Positions 37,648-46,974 of a DNA stretch of 64,000 bases are shown here, piece after piece (position 1 is the stretch's first letter; every line of letters begins with the position of its first letter). The DNA is from Alphaproteobacteria bacterium (lineage in GTDB: Bacteria > Pseudomonadota > Alphaproteobacteria > GCA-2731375), in the NCBI GenBank assembly GCA_965232515.1, contig CBDDPY010000002.1:6592001-6656000 (forward strand), in the 5' to 3' direction. The notes beneath the pieces are model-generated. The model searched no databases. It was not told the DNA's origin and saw nothing but the letters and a program-made list of their open reading frames with translations. Both the position numbers and the translations under genes were made by a program.

Positions 37648-38226
37648 ATGAGCGCCGGAGACCCGAACCGCGTGATCCTGACGGGCGAGAACCCGTTCAT
37701 TCGACTGAGCGAAACCGATGGCGGTGACAACACGACCGACGCCAGCTTCTGGCGCATCCTGTTCTGCCCGGCCGGCCCGGGGCATGTGCTATATCTCAAG
37801 AGCGAGTTGACCGAGAACCGCTGGCGTATCTACAGCGACAATATCGCCATGGCGCGCTGGCTGCAGTCGACCGTGCAGGGCATGCTCAACGCCGAGACGG
37901 CCGACACCGCGATCCCGGTCACCGACGCGGAATTCAGCAAGTCGGGCGATCCGCGCTACTTCTGGACCGAGCGGGTGGTCGCGCGCGACGAGGACATTGC
38001 CCTCACCTGGCACGAGATCGGCGATCCCCTGCTGCTGCACACGCAGCCCGATGCGGAATCGAAGCGGCAATATGGCGTCTGCACTGTGCTGGTGCCGGCG
38101 CTCGGCGCGCGCCTGACCCATAACGGCGTCGAGGCCAAAGGCCAACCCTGGCCGCGCGAGCGCGAGTCGCGGCCCTTCAGCACTTGCGCGCTGGCTTTCT
38201 CCGAGAGCTGGACCGAAGCCCGCTAG
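37648..38226 (+). CDS. Hypothetical protein, family not recognised
   Basis: Strong RBS GGAGGAGG, host-like codon usage, no motif recognised. Confidence 0.7.
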   Translation: MSAGDPNRVILTGENPFIRLSETDGGDNTTDASFWRILFCPAGPGHVLYLKSELTENRWRIYSDNIAMARWLQSTVQGMLNAETADTAIPVTDAEFSKSGDPRYFWTERVVARDEDIALTWHEIGDPLLLHTQPDAESKRQYGVCTVLVPALGARLTHNGVEAKGQPWPRERESRPFSTCALAFSESWTEAR

Positions 38227-38240
38227 CTCAAGATATCTGT

Positions 38241-38272
38241 CTGCCTGCCGATCGACACTGGTCGGCAGGCAG
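38241..38272. terminator. Hairpin downstream of the 37648-38226 gene (terminator or REP-like)
   Basis: CTGCCTGCCGA...TCGGCAGGCAG, 11-bp perfect stem. Confidence 0.5.
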
Positions 38273-38499
38273 TCGACCGAACCAAAATCCGCAGAGTCCT
38301 AACGATTTGCGGCGCCTTCTGTCGCTGCCTTGCATTTTTGCAATCCAACTTTGCGTTATTTGCCGTTCATGATCGCGGCGCCTTAACCCTAACTATTCAT
38401 CAGAGCCCAAGAGGGCCATCGCCAGACCGTCGGCGGGGTGGAACGGTTGGCCGGATCGCTGGCGATGACGAATGCAGGCTTCAGCAGAAGGCGAACGGC

Positions 38500-38697
38500 A
38501 TGCAGCACGCGATCAACGACTTCAACGGGATCACCCGCTCCTCAGGCGAGCTGATCGGCGGCCATGAGGGGCGTTTAACCTATCTGCGCGCCCGGCGCAT
38601 GCATCTGCGGCAGAAGGTGTTGGCCCACAGCAACTCACTGTCGCGACTCCAGAACGAGCTGGACGTGATCGAGACGGAGCTGCGCGAAACGGCTTAG
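38500..38697 (+). CDS. Small (65 aa) coiled-coil-like hypothetical protein
   Basis: ATG after GAAGG; heptad-like LSRLQNELDVIETEL C-terminus. Confidence 0.5.
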   Translation: MQHAINDFNGITRSSGELIGGHEGRLTYLRARRMHLRQKVLAHSNSLSRLQNELDVIETELRETA

Positions 38698-38729
38698 TCG
38701 GGGGGATATGTACGGCCTCATGGCCGCTA

Positions 38730-38812
38730 CTCGCCCCATCGCGCGCCCAAACCCGATCACCCTTCGAGCGTATGTCCACGCTCATTCCGGCTAAGGCGCG
38801 CGATGGGGCGAG
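38730..38812. other. 83-nt element with perfect 18-bp terminal inverted repeat and inner hairpin
   Basis: CTCGCCCCATCGCGCGCC (38730-38747) and GGCGCGCGATGGGGCGAG (38795-38812); inner GAGCGT/ACGCTC stem. Confidence 0.6.
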
Positions 38813-38886
38813 CCACTTTCAAGAACCAAGTTGGCGCAGAGGGCAGGTCGCGGCGCCGGCCGGCGGGCGGAGAATGGGCCCCGGCG

Positions 38887-39618
38887 TCAGATCTCGACGT
38901 CGACCACCAGCGGAACATGATCGCTCAGGCCGGCGCCGCACCAATCTTCATAGCTGCCCACGTCCAGTTCCCGGATCCGCCCGGTCAGGCGTTCGGGCAG
39001 AAACACATAATCGATATGGTAGGTCGGCCCGTCCTTCTTGCGGTCCCGCCAATAGAGCGTCGGCTGGCTCTCGTTGCCCTGGGCCTCGCCGCTCAGCGCA
39101 TGATAGGCGCTGACCAGGCCGTGCCGCGCCAGCAGCGCCACCGTGCCGGCATGGTTGATGCGCCAGCCCGGCCGGTCCCAGATCACGTTGTTGTTCAGGT
39201 CGCCCGCGACCATCGCCGGTCCCTTGACCAGAAAGCTGCTGTATTTGGTCAGCGCGCGGCGCAGCGGTCCGGCCTGCCGCTTACGGGTGTTGCCGCCGCT
39301 GGCGTTCTGCGCCCAGACCGCCAGCAGGTTGAAGGCATGGGGGCCGTCCACTTCGATGGGCGCGATGTATCGTAACGTCGGATAGAACGGCTCGGCGAGC
39401 CGGACGCCGTAGCCGTTAAAGGCGAACACGCCCAGCCCTTTGTTCCGATTGCGTCCGATCCAGACCGGCTCGCCCTCGACGCCCGCCAGGGCCGCGCGTT
39501 CCCGCAGCCGGTCCGGCTCGGCGCATTCGCAGACCACGGCGATGTCGGGCTCCAGGCGCAACAATGCCTCGAACTTCCGGTGCAACGCCATGTTGCAGTT
39601 CCAGGTGACAAGCCGCAC
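38887..39618 (-). CDS. Endonuclease/exonuclease/phosphatase family protein
   Basis: LVTWNC, AGDLN, HIDYVF, SDHVPL. Confidence 0.88.
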   Translation of the reverse strand: MRLVTWNCNMALHRKFEALLRLEPDIAVVCECAEPDRLRERAALAGVEGEPVWIGRNRNKGLGVFAFNGYGVRLAEPFYPTLRYIAPIEVDGPHAFNLLAVWAQNASGGNTRKRQAGPLRRALTKYSSFLVKGPAMVAGDLNNNVIWDRPGWRINHAGTVALLARHGLVSAYHALSGEAQGNESQPTLYWRDRKKDGPTYHIDYVFLPERLTGRIRELDVGSYEDWCGAGLSDHVPLVVDVEI

Positions 39619-39699
39619 GATCCGGACCCCCGAGAGTGTTTTCCGTCGACGCGGTCCGTGCTTAGCAGGGCTTTGCTGCCACCCCTCTGTCAGTAGTGT

Positions 39700-40671
39700 T
39701 CAGCCGCCGGCCACCCCTTGCGTGTTCACGTAGAGCGCGTAGAGCGACTGGCTCGCGGCCATGAACAGGCGGTTGCGCTTCGGTCCGCCGAAGCAGACGT
39801 TGGCGCAGCGTTCGGGCAGGGCGATGCGGCCGATCTTCGCGCCGTCGGGCGCGAACACCAGCACGCCGTCGAGCTCGGCTGTGCCCATGCCCCAGCCGCA
39901 CCAGAGATTGCCGTCGATGTCGCAGCGCATGCCGTCGGGCGTGCCGCCGGGGCCGGCGTCGATATGCACGCGCTTGTTCGTGATCCCGCGGCCGCCGGCG
40001 GTGACGTCGTAGGCCAGGATCTTGCGGTTCGGCACGCCGCGCGACTCGACCACGTAGAGGATGCTTTCGTCCGGCGAGAAGCAGAGCCCGTTCGGCCCCA
40101 GCACGTCGTCGGTCAGCAGCGTCGCCTCGCCGGTCTCGCCGTCGACGCGATAGACCGCCTGCGCGGTTTCCGACTCGGCCTTGTGACCCTCGTAGTTGCC
40201 GAGGATGCCGAAGGGCGGGTCGGTGAACCAGACCGAACCGTCCGACTTTACGACCACGTCGTTCGGCGAGTTCAGCCGGTTGCCCTGCCAGTTGTCCATC
40301 AGCACGGTGATGCGGCCGTCGTGCTCCGTGCGGGTGACCCGCCGGCCGCCATGCTCGCAGGTGATCAGCCGGCCCTGACGGTCGCGCGTATGGCCGTTGG
40401 CGAAATCCGACGGCCGGCGATAGATGCTGACCGCGCCGGTCTCCTCCTCCCACTTCAGGATCCGGTTGTTCGGGATGTCGCTCCACAACAGATACCGCCC
40501 GTCGCCGAACCAGACCGGCCCTTCCGACCAGCGGCAGCCGGTGTACAGACGCTCGACGGCGGCGCTGAAGATGCGATAGCCGTCGAAGCGCTCGTCCAGC
40601 GTCTCGATGGCGGGGTCGGGATAGCGCGGATGGTCGCGCCAACCGGCGGTGTTCGGATGCTCCGTGGCCAT
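39700..40671 (-). CDS. SMP-30/gluconolactonase family protein
   Basis: WSEGPVW, NSPND, WFTDP, PNGLCFSPDE, PDGMRCD. Confidence 0.9.
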   Translation of the reverse strand: MATEHPNTAGWRDHPRYPDPAIETLDERFDGYRIFSAAVERLYTGCRWSEGPVWFGDGRYLLWSDIPNNRILKWEEETGAVSIYRRPSDFANGHTRDRQGRLITCEHGGRRVTRTEHDGRITVLMDNWQGNRLNSPNDVVVKSDGSVWFTDPPFGILGNYEGHKAESETAQAVYRVDGETGEATLLTDDVLGPNGLCFSPDESILYVVESRGVPNRKILAYDVTAGGRGITNKRVHIDAGPGGTPDGMRCDIDGNLWCGWGMGTAELDGVLVFAPDGAKIGRIALPERCANVCFGGPKRNRLFMAASQSLYALYVNTQGVAGG

Positions 40672-40821
40672 GTCAGGTCTCTCCGGCGATAGCGTCTCGG
40701 CCCGCAAGAGTGGCCCGATGCGGACCTCGGGTCCAGTCTCGCGTCAGAGCGCTTTGCTGCACTTGAACACTGTGCATCTGGAGGCCAAGCTTAGGCCGCC
40801 TTGGTAGTGAGTGGGGACGTG

Positions 40822-42450
40822 ATGTCAGACAAAAAGCCGAACGGCGGCAACGGCGCCGCCGGACCCGTCGATGTCGATGTGGCCGTGGTGGGCGCCGGGT
40901 TTGCCGGCATGTACATGCTGCACCGCTTGCGCGGCTTCGGCTTCTCGGTGCGCGTGCTCGAAGCCGGCAGCGGCGTCGGCGGCACCTGGTACTGGAACCG
41001 CTATCCCGGCGCCCGCTGCGATGTCGAGAGCATGCAGTACTCGTATCAGTTCTCCGACGACCTGCAGCAGGAATGGAACTGGTCCGAGCGCTACGCGCCC
41101 CAGTCCGAGATCCTGCGCTACGCCGAGCACGTCGCCGACCGCTTCGACCTGCGCCGCGACATCCGGTTCGACACATCGGTCATATCGGCCCGCTTCGACG
41201 AGGATGCCTGCCGCTGGATTGTCGAAACCGACGCGGGCGACGCTATCGCCGCCCGCTACGTCGTGATGGCGACCGGCTGCCTCTCCGCGCCCAACACGCC
41301 GACGTTCAAGGGCCTCGAGAGCTTCGCCGGCCCGCGCTACCACACCGGTTATTGGCCGAAGGCGGGCGTCGACTTCACCGGCCGGCGCGTCGGCGTCATC
41401 GGCACCGGTTCGTCGGCGATCCAGTCGATCCCGCTCATCGCCGAACAGGCCGAACACCTCTATGTCTTTCAGCGCACGCCGAACTACGCGGTGCCCGCGC
41501 ACAACGCGCCGCTCGATCCGGACTATGTGCGCGGCGTCAAGGCCGACTATGCCGGCATGCGCGCGCGGGCGCGCAACATGCCGCCCGCCCTCGACTACGT
41601 CTTCAACCCGCAATCGGCGCTGGACGCCTCCGAGGACGAGCGCCGCCGCCAGTACGAGCAGCGCTGGGCCGACGGCGGGCTCGCCTTCATGGGCGCCTTC
41701 GGCGATCTGCTGCTCGACGAGGCCGCCAACGACACCGCGGCCGAGTTCGTGCGCGGCAAGATCCGCGAGATCGTGCACGATCCGGAGGTCGCCGAACGCC
41801 TCTCGCCCGACAACGTCATCGGCTGCAAGCGGCTCTGCGTCGACACCGGCTACTACGCCACCTACAACCGCCCCAACGTCACCCTCGTCGATGTCAGCAA
41901 GACGCCCATCGACGAGATCACGCCCACCGGCCTCACCGTCGCTGGCCGGCCCTACGACTTCGATGACCTGGTGCTGGCCACCGGCTTCGACGCCATGACG
42001 GGCGCGCTGCTCAGGATCGACATCTCCGGTCGCGGCGGCCTCAAGCTCAAGGACAAATGGCACGGCGGCCCGCGCACCTATCTGGGCCTCGCCGTCAATG
42101 GCTTCCCAAACCTGTTCACCATCACCGGCCCCGGCAGCCCGTCGGTGCTCACCAACATGCTGCCCTCCATCGAGCAACACGTCGAGTGGATCGCCGACTG
42201 CCTCGTGCACCAGCGCAAGCACGGCCACGCCACCATCGAGGCCGAGACCGCCGCCGAGGATGCCTGGGTCCGGCACGTCAACGACACTGCCGACCTATCG
42301 CTGCGCTCGACCTGCAGCTCCTGGTATGTCGGCGCCAACGTCCCCGGCAAGCCCCGCGTCTTCATGCCCTACATCGGCGGCCATCCAGCCTATGTCGACA
42401 AATGCGACTCTGTCGCCGCGAGCGGCTATGAGGGATTTGTCACGGATTAG
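40822..42450 (+). CDS. Baeyer-Villiger monooxygenase (CHMO/PAMO type)
   Basis: GAGFAG, GGTWYWNRYPGARCD, FAGPRYHTGYWP fingerprint, GTGSS, ATGFD. Confidence 0.92.
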   Translation: MSDKKPNGGNGAAGPVDVDVAVVGAGFAGMYMLHRLRGFGFSVRVLEAGSGVGGTWYWNRYPGARCDVESMQYSYQFSDDLQQEWNWSERYAPQSEILRYAEHVADRFDLRRDIRFDTSVISARFDEDACRWIVETDAGDAIAARYVVMATGCLSAPNTPTFKGLESFAGPRYHTGYWPKAGVDFTGRRVGVIGTGSSAIQSIPLIAEQAEHLYVFQRTPNYAVPAHNAPLDPDYVRGVKADYAGMRARARNMPPALDYVFNPQSALDASEDERRRQYEQRWADGGLAFMGAFGDLLLDEAANDTAAEFVRGKIREIVHDPEVAERLSPDNVIGCKRLCVDTGYYATYNRPNVTLVDVSKTPIDEITPTGLTVAGRPYDFDDLVLATGFDAMTGALLRIDISGRGGLKLKDKWHGGPRTYLGLAVNGFPNLFTITGPGSPSVLTNMLPSIEQHVEWIADCLVHQRKHGHATIEAETAAEDAWVRHVNDTADLSLRSTCSSWYVGANVPGKPRVFMPYIGGHPAYVDKCDSVAASGYEGFVTD

Positions 42451-42542
42451 CGTGCCGAAATGCACCGAAAACCAGTCGTGATCGTTGTCGCCGGGCGCGT
42501 TCTGATCTAGCCTAGTTGGACATAATCCTGAGGAGGATCGGC

Positions 42543-43145
42543 ATGGCGCACGACCATCACAACGCTCCACCCTCGGATACGGCCATGCGCGTCAAGGCGC
42601 TTGAGACGCTGCTTACCGAGAAGGGGCTCGTCGATCCGGCCGCGATCGACACACTTGTCGAGCTTTACGAAACCCGCATCGGTCCCCGAAACGGCGCCAA
42701 GGTCGTTGCCCGCGCCTGGACGGATCCCGACTACAAGGAACGGCTGCTGACGGACAGCACCGCCGCCATCGCCGATCTCGGCTTCTCCGGCGTGCAGGGC
42801 GAGGACATGGTGGTGGTGGAGAACACGGACGGCGTCCACAACATCGTCGTCTGCACGCTCTGCTCCTGCTATCCCTGGCCGACCCTCGGCCTGCCGCCGA
42901 TCTGGTACAAAAGCGCGCCCTACCGGGGCCGCGTCGTCAGTGATCCGCGCGGCGTGCTGGAGGAGTTCGGCGTCGAGCTCGCCGACGACGTCGAGATCCG
43001 CGTCTGGGACAGCAATGCCGAGCTCCGCTATCTGGTGCTGCCGCAGCGGCCGGCCGGCACCGACGGTATGAGCGAAGATGATCTTACCGAGCTCGTGACC
43101 CGCGACTCCATGATCGGCACGGCGGTCGTGCAAGCACCGTCCTGA
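42543..43145 (+). CDS. nthA: Cobalt-type nitrile hydratase alpha subunit
   Basis: [10 protein letters not shown] (Thr/Tyr signature of Co type), WYKSAPYR. Confidence 0.93.
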   Translation: MAHDHHNAPPSDTAMRVKALETLLTEKGLVDPAAIDTLVELYETRIGPRNGAKVVARAWTDPDYKERLLTDSTAAIADLGFSGVQGEDMVVVENTDGVHNIVVCTLCSCYPWPTLGLPPIWYKSAPYRGRVVSDPRGVLEEFGVELADDVEIRVWDSNAELRYLVLPQRPAGTDGMSEDDLTELVTRDSMIGTAVVQAPS

Positions 43146-43162
43146 GGGCAGGGGAGCAAACG

Positions 43163-43477
43163 ATGAACGGAATCCATGACCTCGGCGGCATGCACGGCCT
43201 GGGGCCGATCGTGCGCGAGACCGACGAGCCTTACTTTCACGAGCAGTGGGAGAGCCGGGTTTTCGGCATGTTCTTCGCCGTCTTCGCCGAGGGGAAGTTC
43301 AATGTCGACCAGTTCCGCCACGCCATCGAACGCATGGCGCCGGAGGACTATCTGTCGACGTCCTACTACGAGCACTGGCTGCACGCCTTCGAAACGTTGC
43401 TGGCCGAAGAGGGCACCGTCACGCTCGAGGAGCTGGACGCGAAACAGGCCGAGCTGAGCCAGGCGGGAGGCGCATGA
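43163..43477 (+). CDS. nthB: Nitrile hydratase beta subunit, N-terminal half
   Basis: MNGIHDLGGMHG, FRHAIERM, YYEHW. Confidence 0.88.
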   Translation: MNGIHDLGGMHGLGPIVRETDEPYFHEQWESRVFGMFFAVFAEGKFNVDQFRHAIERMAPEDYLSTSYYEHWLHAFETLLAEEGTVTLEELDAKQAELSQAGGA

Positions 43478-43827
43478 TGCCAGCCCTCACGAGCGACGTG
43501 GTCCCGGGCCTGGTGGCCGGCGGGGCATCCTGCCGCATGGACGCCGACGTGGCGCCGAAATTCGCCGTCGGCGACAAGGTGCGGGCGATCAACATGAACC
43601 CGGTCGGCCACACCCGGCTGCCGCGTTACATCAGGGGCAAGGTCGGCACGGTCGCGCGCGACCACGGCGTGTTCGCGTTTCCCGACACCTCGGTCAGCGG
43701 GGTCCACAGCGACCCGCAGCATGTCTACAGCGTGCGGTTCGAGGGCGGCGAGCTCTGGGGCGCCGACGCCAACGCCAGGTCCAGTCTATATATCGACCTA
43801 TTCGACAACTATCTGGAGCCGGCCTGA
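43474..43827 (+). CDS. nthB: Nitrile hydratase beta subunit, C-terminal SH3-like half
   Basis: FAVGDKV, GHTRLPRYIRGKVG, PQHVYSVRF, ELWG, YLEPA; own RBS GGAGG and ATGATG overlapping the upstream TGA. Confidence 0.88.
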   Translation: MMPALTSDVVPGLVAGGASCRMDADVAPKFAVGDKVRAINMNPVGHTRLPRYIRGKVGTVARDHGVFAFPDTSVSGVHSDPQHVYSVRFEGGELWGADANARSSLYIDLFDNYLEPA

Positions 43828-43844
43828 AAGCTGGCGGCGGCGTT

Positions 43845-44210
43845 ATGACTGAGCAGCCGGAGCTGCCGAAACTGCCCTGGGACGGCGAAGAGGGGCCGGT
43901 CTTCCAGGCGCCGTGGCAGGCGAGCGCGTTTGCCATGACCGTGCGCCTGTTCGAACAGGGACACTTCACCTGGCCCGAATGGACCGACTATCTCTCGGCC
44001 GAGATCGCCGCCGCCCGCCGGCGCGGCGAGCCGGACCTGGGCGACCGCTACTACGAATACTGGCTCGCCGCGCTCGAAAAGCTGGTCGTCGCCAAGGGCC
44101 TGGGCACGGCGGACCAGCTCGGCCAGCTGAAGTCGGACTGGACCGAGGCCACGCTGGCCACCCCGCACGGTCAGCCGATCGAGCTGAAAAACCGCCGCCC
44201 GCTCGACTGA
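43845..44210 (+). CDS. Nitrile hydratase accessory/activator protein (P14K-like)
   Basis: PVFQAPWQASAFA, FTWPEW, YYEYWLAALE, TPHGQPIEL. Confidence 0.88.
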   Translation: MTEQPELPKLPWDGEEGPVFQAPWQASAFAMTVRLFEQGHFTWPEWTDYLSAEIAAARRRGEPDLGDRYYEYWLAALEKLVVAKGLGTADQLGQLKSDWTEATLATPHGQPIELKNRRPLD

Positions 44211-44243
44211 CCGGCCGGAATTATCCGGCCCGAGGGTCGCGTT

Positions 44244-45758
44244 CTACATCGCCTGCCAGTCGCTCGCCTGCTCGAACGCGTGCGCGGCCCGATAGATCGA
44301 CGCCTCGTCGTAGCGCTTCGCCGTCAGCATCATGCCGATCGGCCGGCCGTCGCCCATGCCGCACGGCAGGCTCATCGAGGGATGGCCGGTGATGTCGAAC
44401 GGGCTCGTGTTGGTGATCATCTCCAGCCCGCGGGCGATGACCTCGTCGATCCCCGCGTCCGGCTCGGGCAGCTTGGTCGCCTTCAACGGCAGCGTCGGCA
44501 TCAGCAGCAGATCGAAGTCCTGCAACGCCTTGTCATATGCGGCACTGAGCTGGCGGGTCAGGTTCTGGCACTTGCCGTAGAAGCGGCCGTTGTAGCGCTT
44601 GATGAACCATTCGCCCAGGAACATGCAGAGCTTGAGCGTCGGCGACAGTTCGTCGGCGCGCTCGCGCCACTGCGCGTGGCGGTCCATCAGGCTGGTCAGA
44701 TACAGGCCCTTCCAGTTCATGCCGTAGCCGTTGCCCAGCATCATCTGCCAGTGCAGGCCTTCGATGGCGACCGGCGTCCAGATCGCCGGGCCCATCAGGT
44801 GCATCGGCACCGAGACCTCCTCGACATGCGCCTGCAGGCCTTCGAACACTTGGCCGGCCTTGCGCACCGCTTCATCGACGTCCGGCTCCGAGATCTCGTG
44901 GCCGAAGCCTTCGGTGACGACGCCGATGCGCATGCCGCTCACGCCCTTGCCCAGCGCGTCTGTGTATTTCGCCGGCTCGACGCTGTATTGGCGCGGGTCC
45001 ATGCCATCCTCGCCGGCGATCGCTTCCAGCAGTAGCGCATTGTCCGCGACATTGGCCGTCATCGGGCCGGTATGGTCGATCGTGACCTCGATCGGCATGA
45101 TGCCGGTATAGGGCACCAGGCCGTGCGTCGGCTTCATGCCGTAGATGCCCGAATAAGACGCCGGAATGCGGATCGAGCCGCCCTGGTCGCCGCCGATCGC
45201 CATGTCGACCTCGCCCGCGGCCACCAGCGCCGCCGAGCCCGACGAGGAGCCGCCGGCCGAATAGCCGGGCTTGCGGGGATTGATCACCGGCGCCGGCGCG
45301 CTGGTGTGGCTGCCGCCGGACAGGCAGAAATACTCGCACACGGCCTTGCCGGTAATGGTGCCGCCAGCGTCCAGGATGCGCGTGACGATGGTGGCGTCGA
45401 TCTCGGGCACATAGCCCTCGAGCGTCGAGGCGCCGTTCATCATCGGCACGCCCGCCAGGCACACATTGTCCTTCAGCGCGATGGTCTTGCCGGCGAGCGG
45501 CCCGTCGGCCGCGCCCTTGACCTCGGTTTTCCAGTACCAGGCGTTGTACGGATTTTCCTCGGGCCCCGGCCGGTATCCCGTGCTGCGCGGATATTTCACC
45601 TCCGGCAGATAATCCGGCGCCTGATCGATCAGGTCATAGGCCGCGCAAGTGCCGTTGATGTTGTCCAGAAAGATCTCCGCCTCGCGGTCGCTGACCGACA
45701 TGCCGAGATCGTCAGCGATCTCCCGAAACTGCGCCATCGTGGGCCGCCTGACTGCCAT
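44244..45758 (-). CDS. Amidase (amidase-signature family, NHase-associated type)
   Basis: ALKDN, GGSSSGS, GGDQGGSIRIP. Confidence 0.92.
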   Translation of the reverse strand: MAVRRPTMAQFREIADDLGMSVSDREAEIFLDNINGTCAAYDLIDQAPDYLPEVKYPRSTGYRPGPEENPYNAWYWKTEVKGAADGPLAGKTIALKDNVCLAGVPMMNGASTLEGYVPEIDATIVTRILDAGGTITGKAVCEYFCLSGGSHTSAPAPVINPRKPGYSAGGSSSGSAALVAAGEVDMAIGGDQGGSIRIPASYSGIYGMKPTHGLVPYTGIMPIEVTIDHTGPMTANVADNALLLEAIAGEDGMDPRQYSVEPAKYTDALGKGVSGMRIGVVTEGFGHEISEPDVDEAVRKAGQVFEGLQAHVEEVSVPMHLMGPAIWTPVAIEGLHWQMMLGNGYGMNWKGLYLTSLMDRHAQWRERADELSPTLKLCMFLGEWFIKRYNGRFYGKCQNLTRQLSAAYDKALQDFDLLLMPTLPLKATKLPEPDAGIDEVIARGLEMITNTSPFDITGHPSMSLPCGMGDGRPIGMMLTAKRYDEASIYRAAHAFEQASDWQAM

Positions 45759-45943
45759 CGTTCCCTCCGTCCGTGATCGAGTTGATGTGAACCGAAATCG
45801 CCAACGCGTACCCTTTGATGCGGGCAACCGTTCGACGCCGCCGCATCAAGAAGAAAGCATGACGAAGCGCCTGAGGACATGCAAGGCAGGGCGCCGGATC
45901 GGCCCGTATTCCGCTATCGGTTGGGGCTTGAAATCGCAAAAAA

Positions 45944-45978
45944 TGACAATATATTGTCAAATTGGTAATACATTGTCA
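45944..45978. promoter_or_regulatory. Tandem palindromic operator upstream of MarR gene
   Basis: TGACAATATATTGTCA perfect palindrome (45944-45959) plus degenerate TGGTAATACATTGTCA (45963-45978). Confidence 0.65.
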
Positions 45979-45995
45979 TATGTCAGCGAAACGAC

Positions 45996-46457
45996 ATGCA
46001 ATCGACGCGACGGGCAAAACGGCACACGGCGGCAGGCGCGGCCTTGACCGAACTGATCCTCGAGACGTTCCGCTTCAACGGCGCGCTTCTGGCGGCGGGG
46101 GACGGCCTGACACGGGATCTCGGCCTCACCAGCGCCCGCTGGCAAATCCTGGGCGCCATCGACGACGGCCCGCTGCCGGTGGCGCAGATCGCCCGCAACA
46201 TGGGCCTGACCCGCCAGGCGGTGCAGCGGGTCGCGAACGACCTGGCGGCGGAGGACTTCGTCGCCTTCGCGCACAACCCCGATCATCAGCGCGCCAAGTT
46301 GGTCCACCTCACCGACAAGGGCCGCCATGCGCTCGACGAGGTCAGCCGTCGGCAGACCGCCTGGGCCAACCGCATCGCCATGTGCGTCGACGCGGCCGAC
46401 TTGGAGACAGCGACAACGGCCGTCCGCGTGCTGCGCGCCGCCTTGGAAGCCGACTGA
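45996..46457 (+). CDS. MarR family regulator
   Basis: GLTSARWQILGAI, IARNMGLTRQAVQR, NPDHQRAKLVHLTDKG. Confidence 0.88.
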   Translation: MQSTRRAKRHTAAGAALTELILETFRFNGALLAAGDGLTRDLGLTSARWQILGAIDDGPLPVAQIARNMGLTRQAVQRVANDLAAEDFVAFAHNPDHQRAKLVHLTDKGRHALDEVSRRQTAWANRIAMCVDAADLETATTAVRVLRAALEAD

Positions 46458-46483
46458 ACGGAAAAGCGAGAAGGGACGCTCCC

Positions 46484-46966
46484 ATGTACAAGACCGCCAA
46501 GGCCCTGCACCTGATCGGCCTCGCCATGTTTCTCGGCAGCATCCTCGGCCATATCAGCATCGGCTTCCTGCCCGGCGCCGGCGAAGCGGGGCAAGCAATT
46601 CTGTTCGGCCGTCAGGCCATCGCCGTCGCCACCTGGTGGCTGACCCTGCCGGGCCTGGCGGTGCTGGTGATCACCGGCCTGTTCATGACAGTGCAGGGCG
46701 GGCACGGCATCGGGCGAAGGCGCTGGCTCACCGCGCACCAGGTCCTGGCCGCGCTGATCGTGCTCAACGCCGCTCTCGTGCTGGTGCCCGGCGGCGAGAC
46801 GCTGCACGCCCTCGCGGCCGAGGTCGCCGACGGCCGTCAGGCGGTGCACGCAATGCAGGCGCCTGCCGGCCGGGAAAGCATGTTCGGCGCCGCCAACCTG
46901 CTAATGGCACTGGTTGCAATTTTCATCGCCGTCCTGAAGCCGGCCTTCGGACAGCTTCGCACCTGA
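46484..46966 (+). CDS. DUF2269-like 4-TM membrane protein
   Basis: KALHLIG..FLG start, LTLPG..TG, C-terminal VLKP. Confidence 0.65.
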   Translation: MYKTAKALHLIGLAMFLGSILGHISIGFLPGAGEAGQAILFGRQAIAVATWWLTLPGLAVLVITGLFMTVQGGHGIGRRRWLTAHQVLAALIVLNAALVLVPGGETLHALAAEVADGRQAVHAMQAPAGRESMFGAANLLMALVAIFIAVLKPAFGQLRT

Positions 46967-46974
46967 GGCCCGCC

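Noticed and set aside
43163-43827. nthB as a frameshifted pseudogene
   Set aside because: The second half has its own GGAGG RBS and coupled ATG, and both halves keep their conserved motifs
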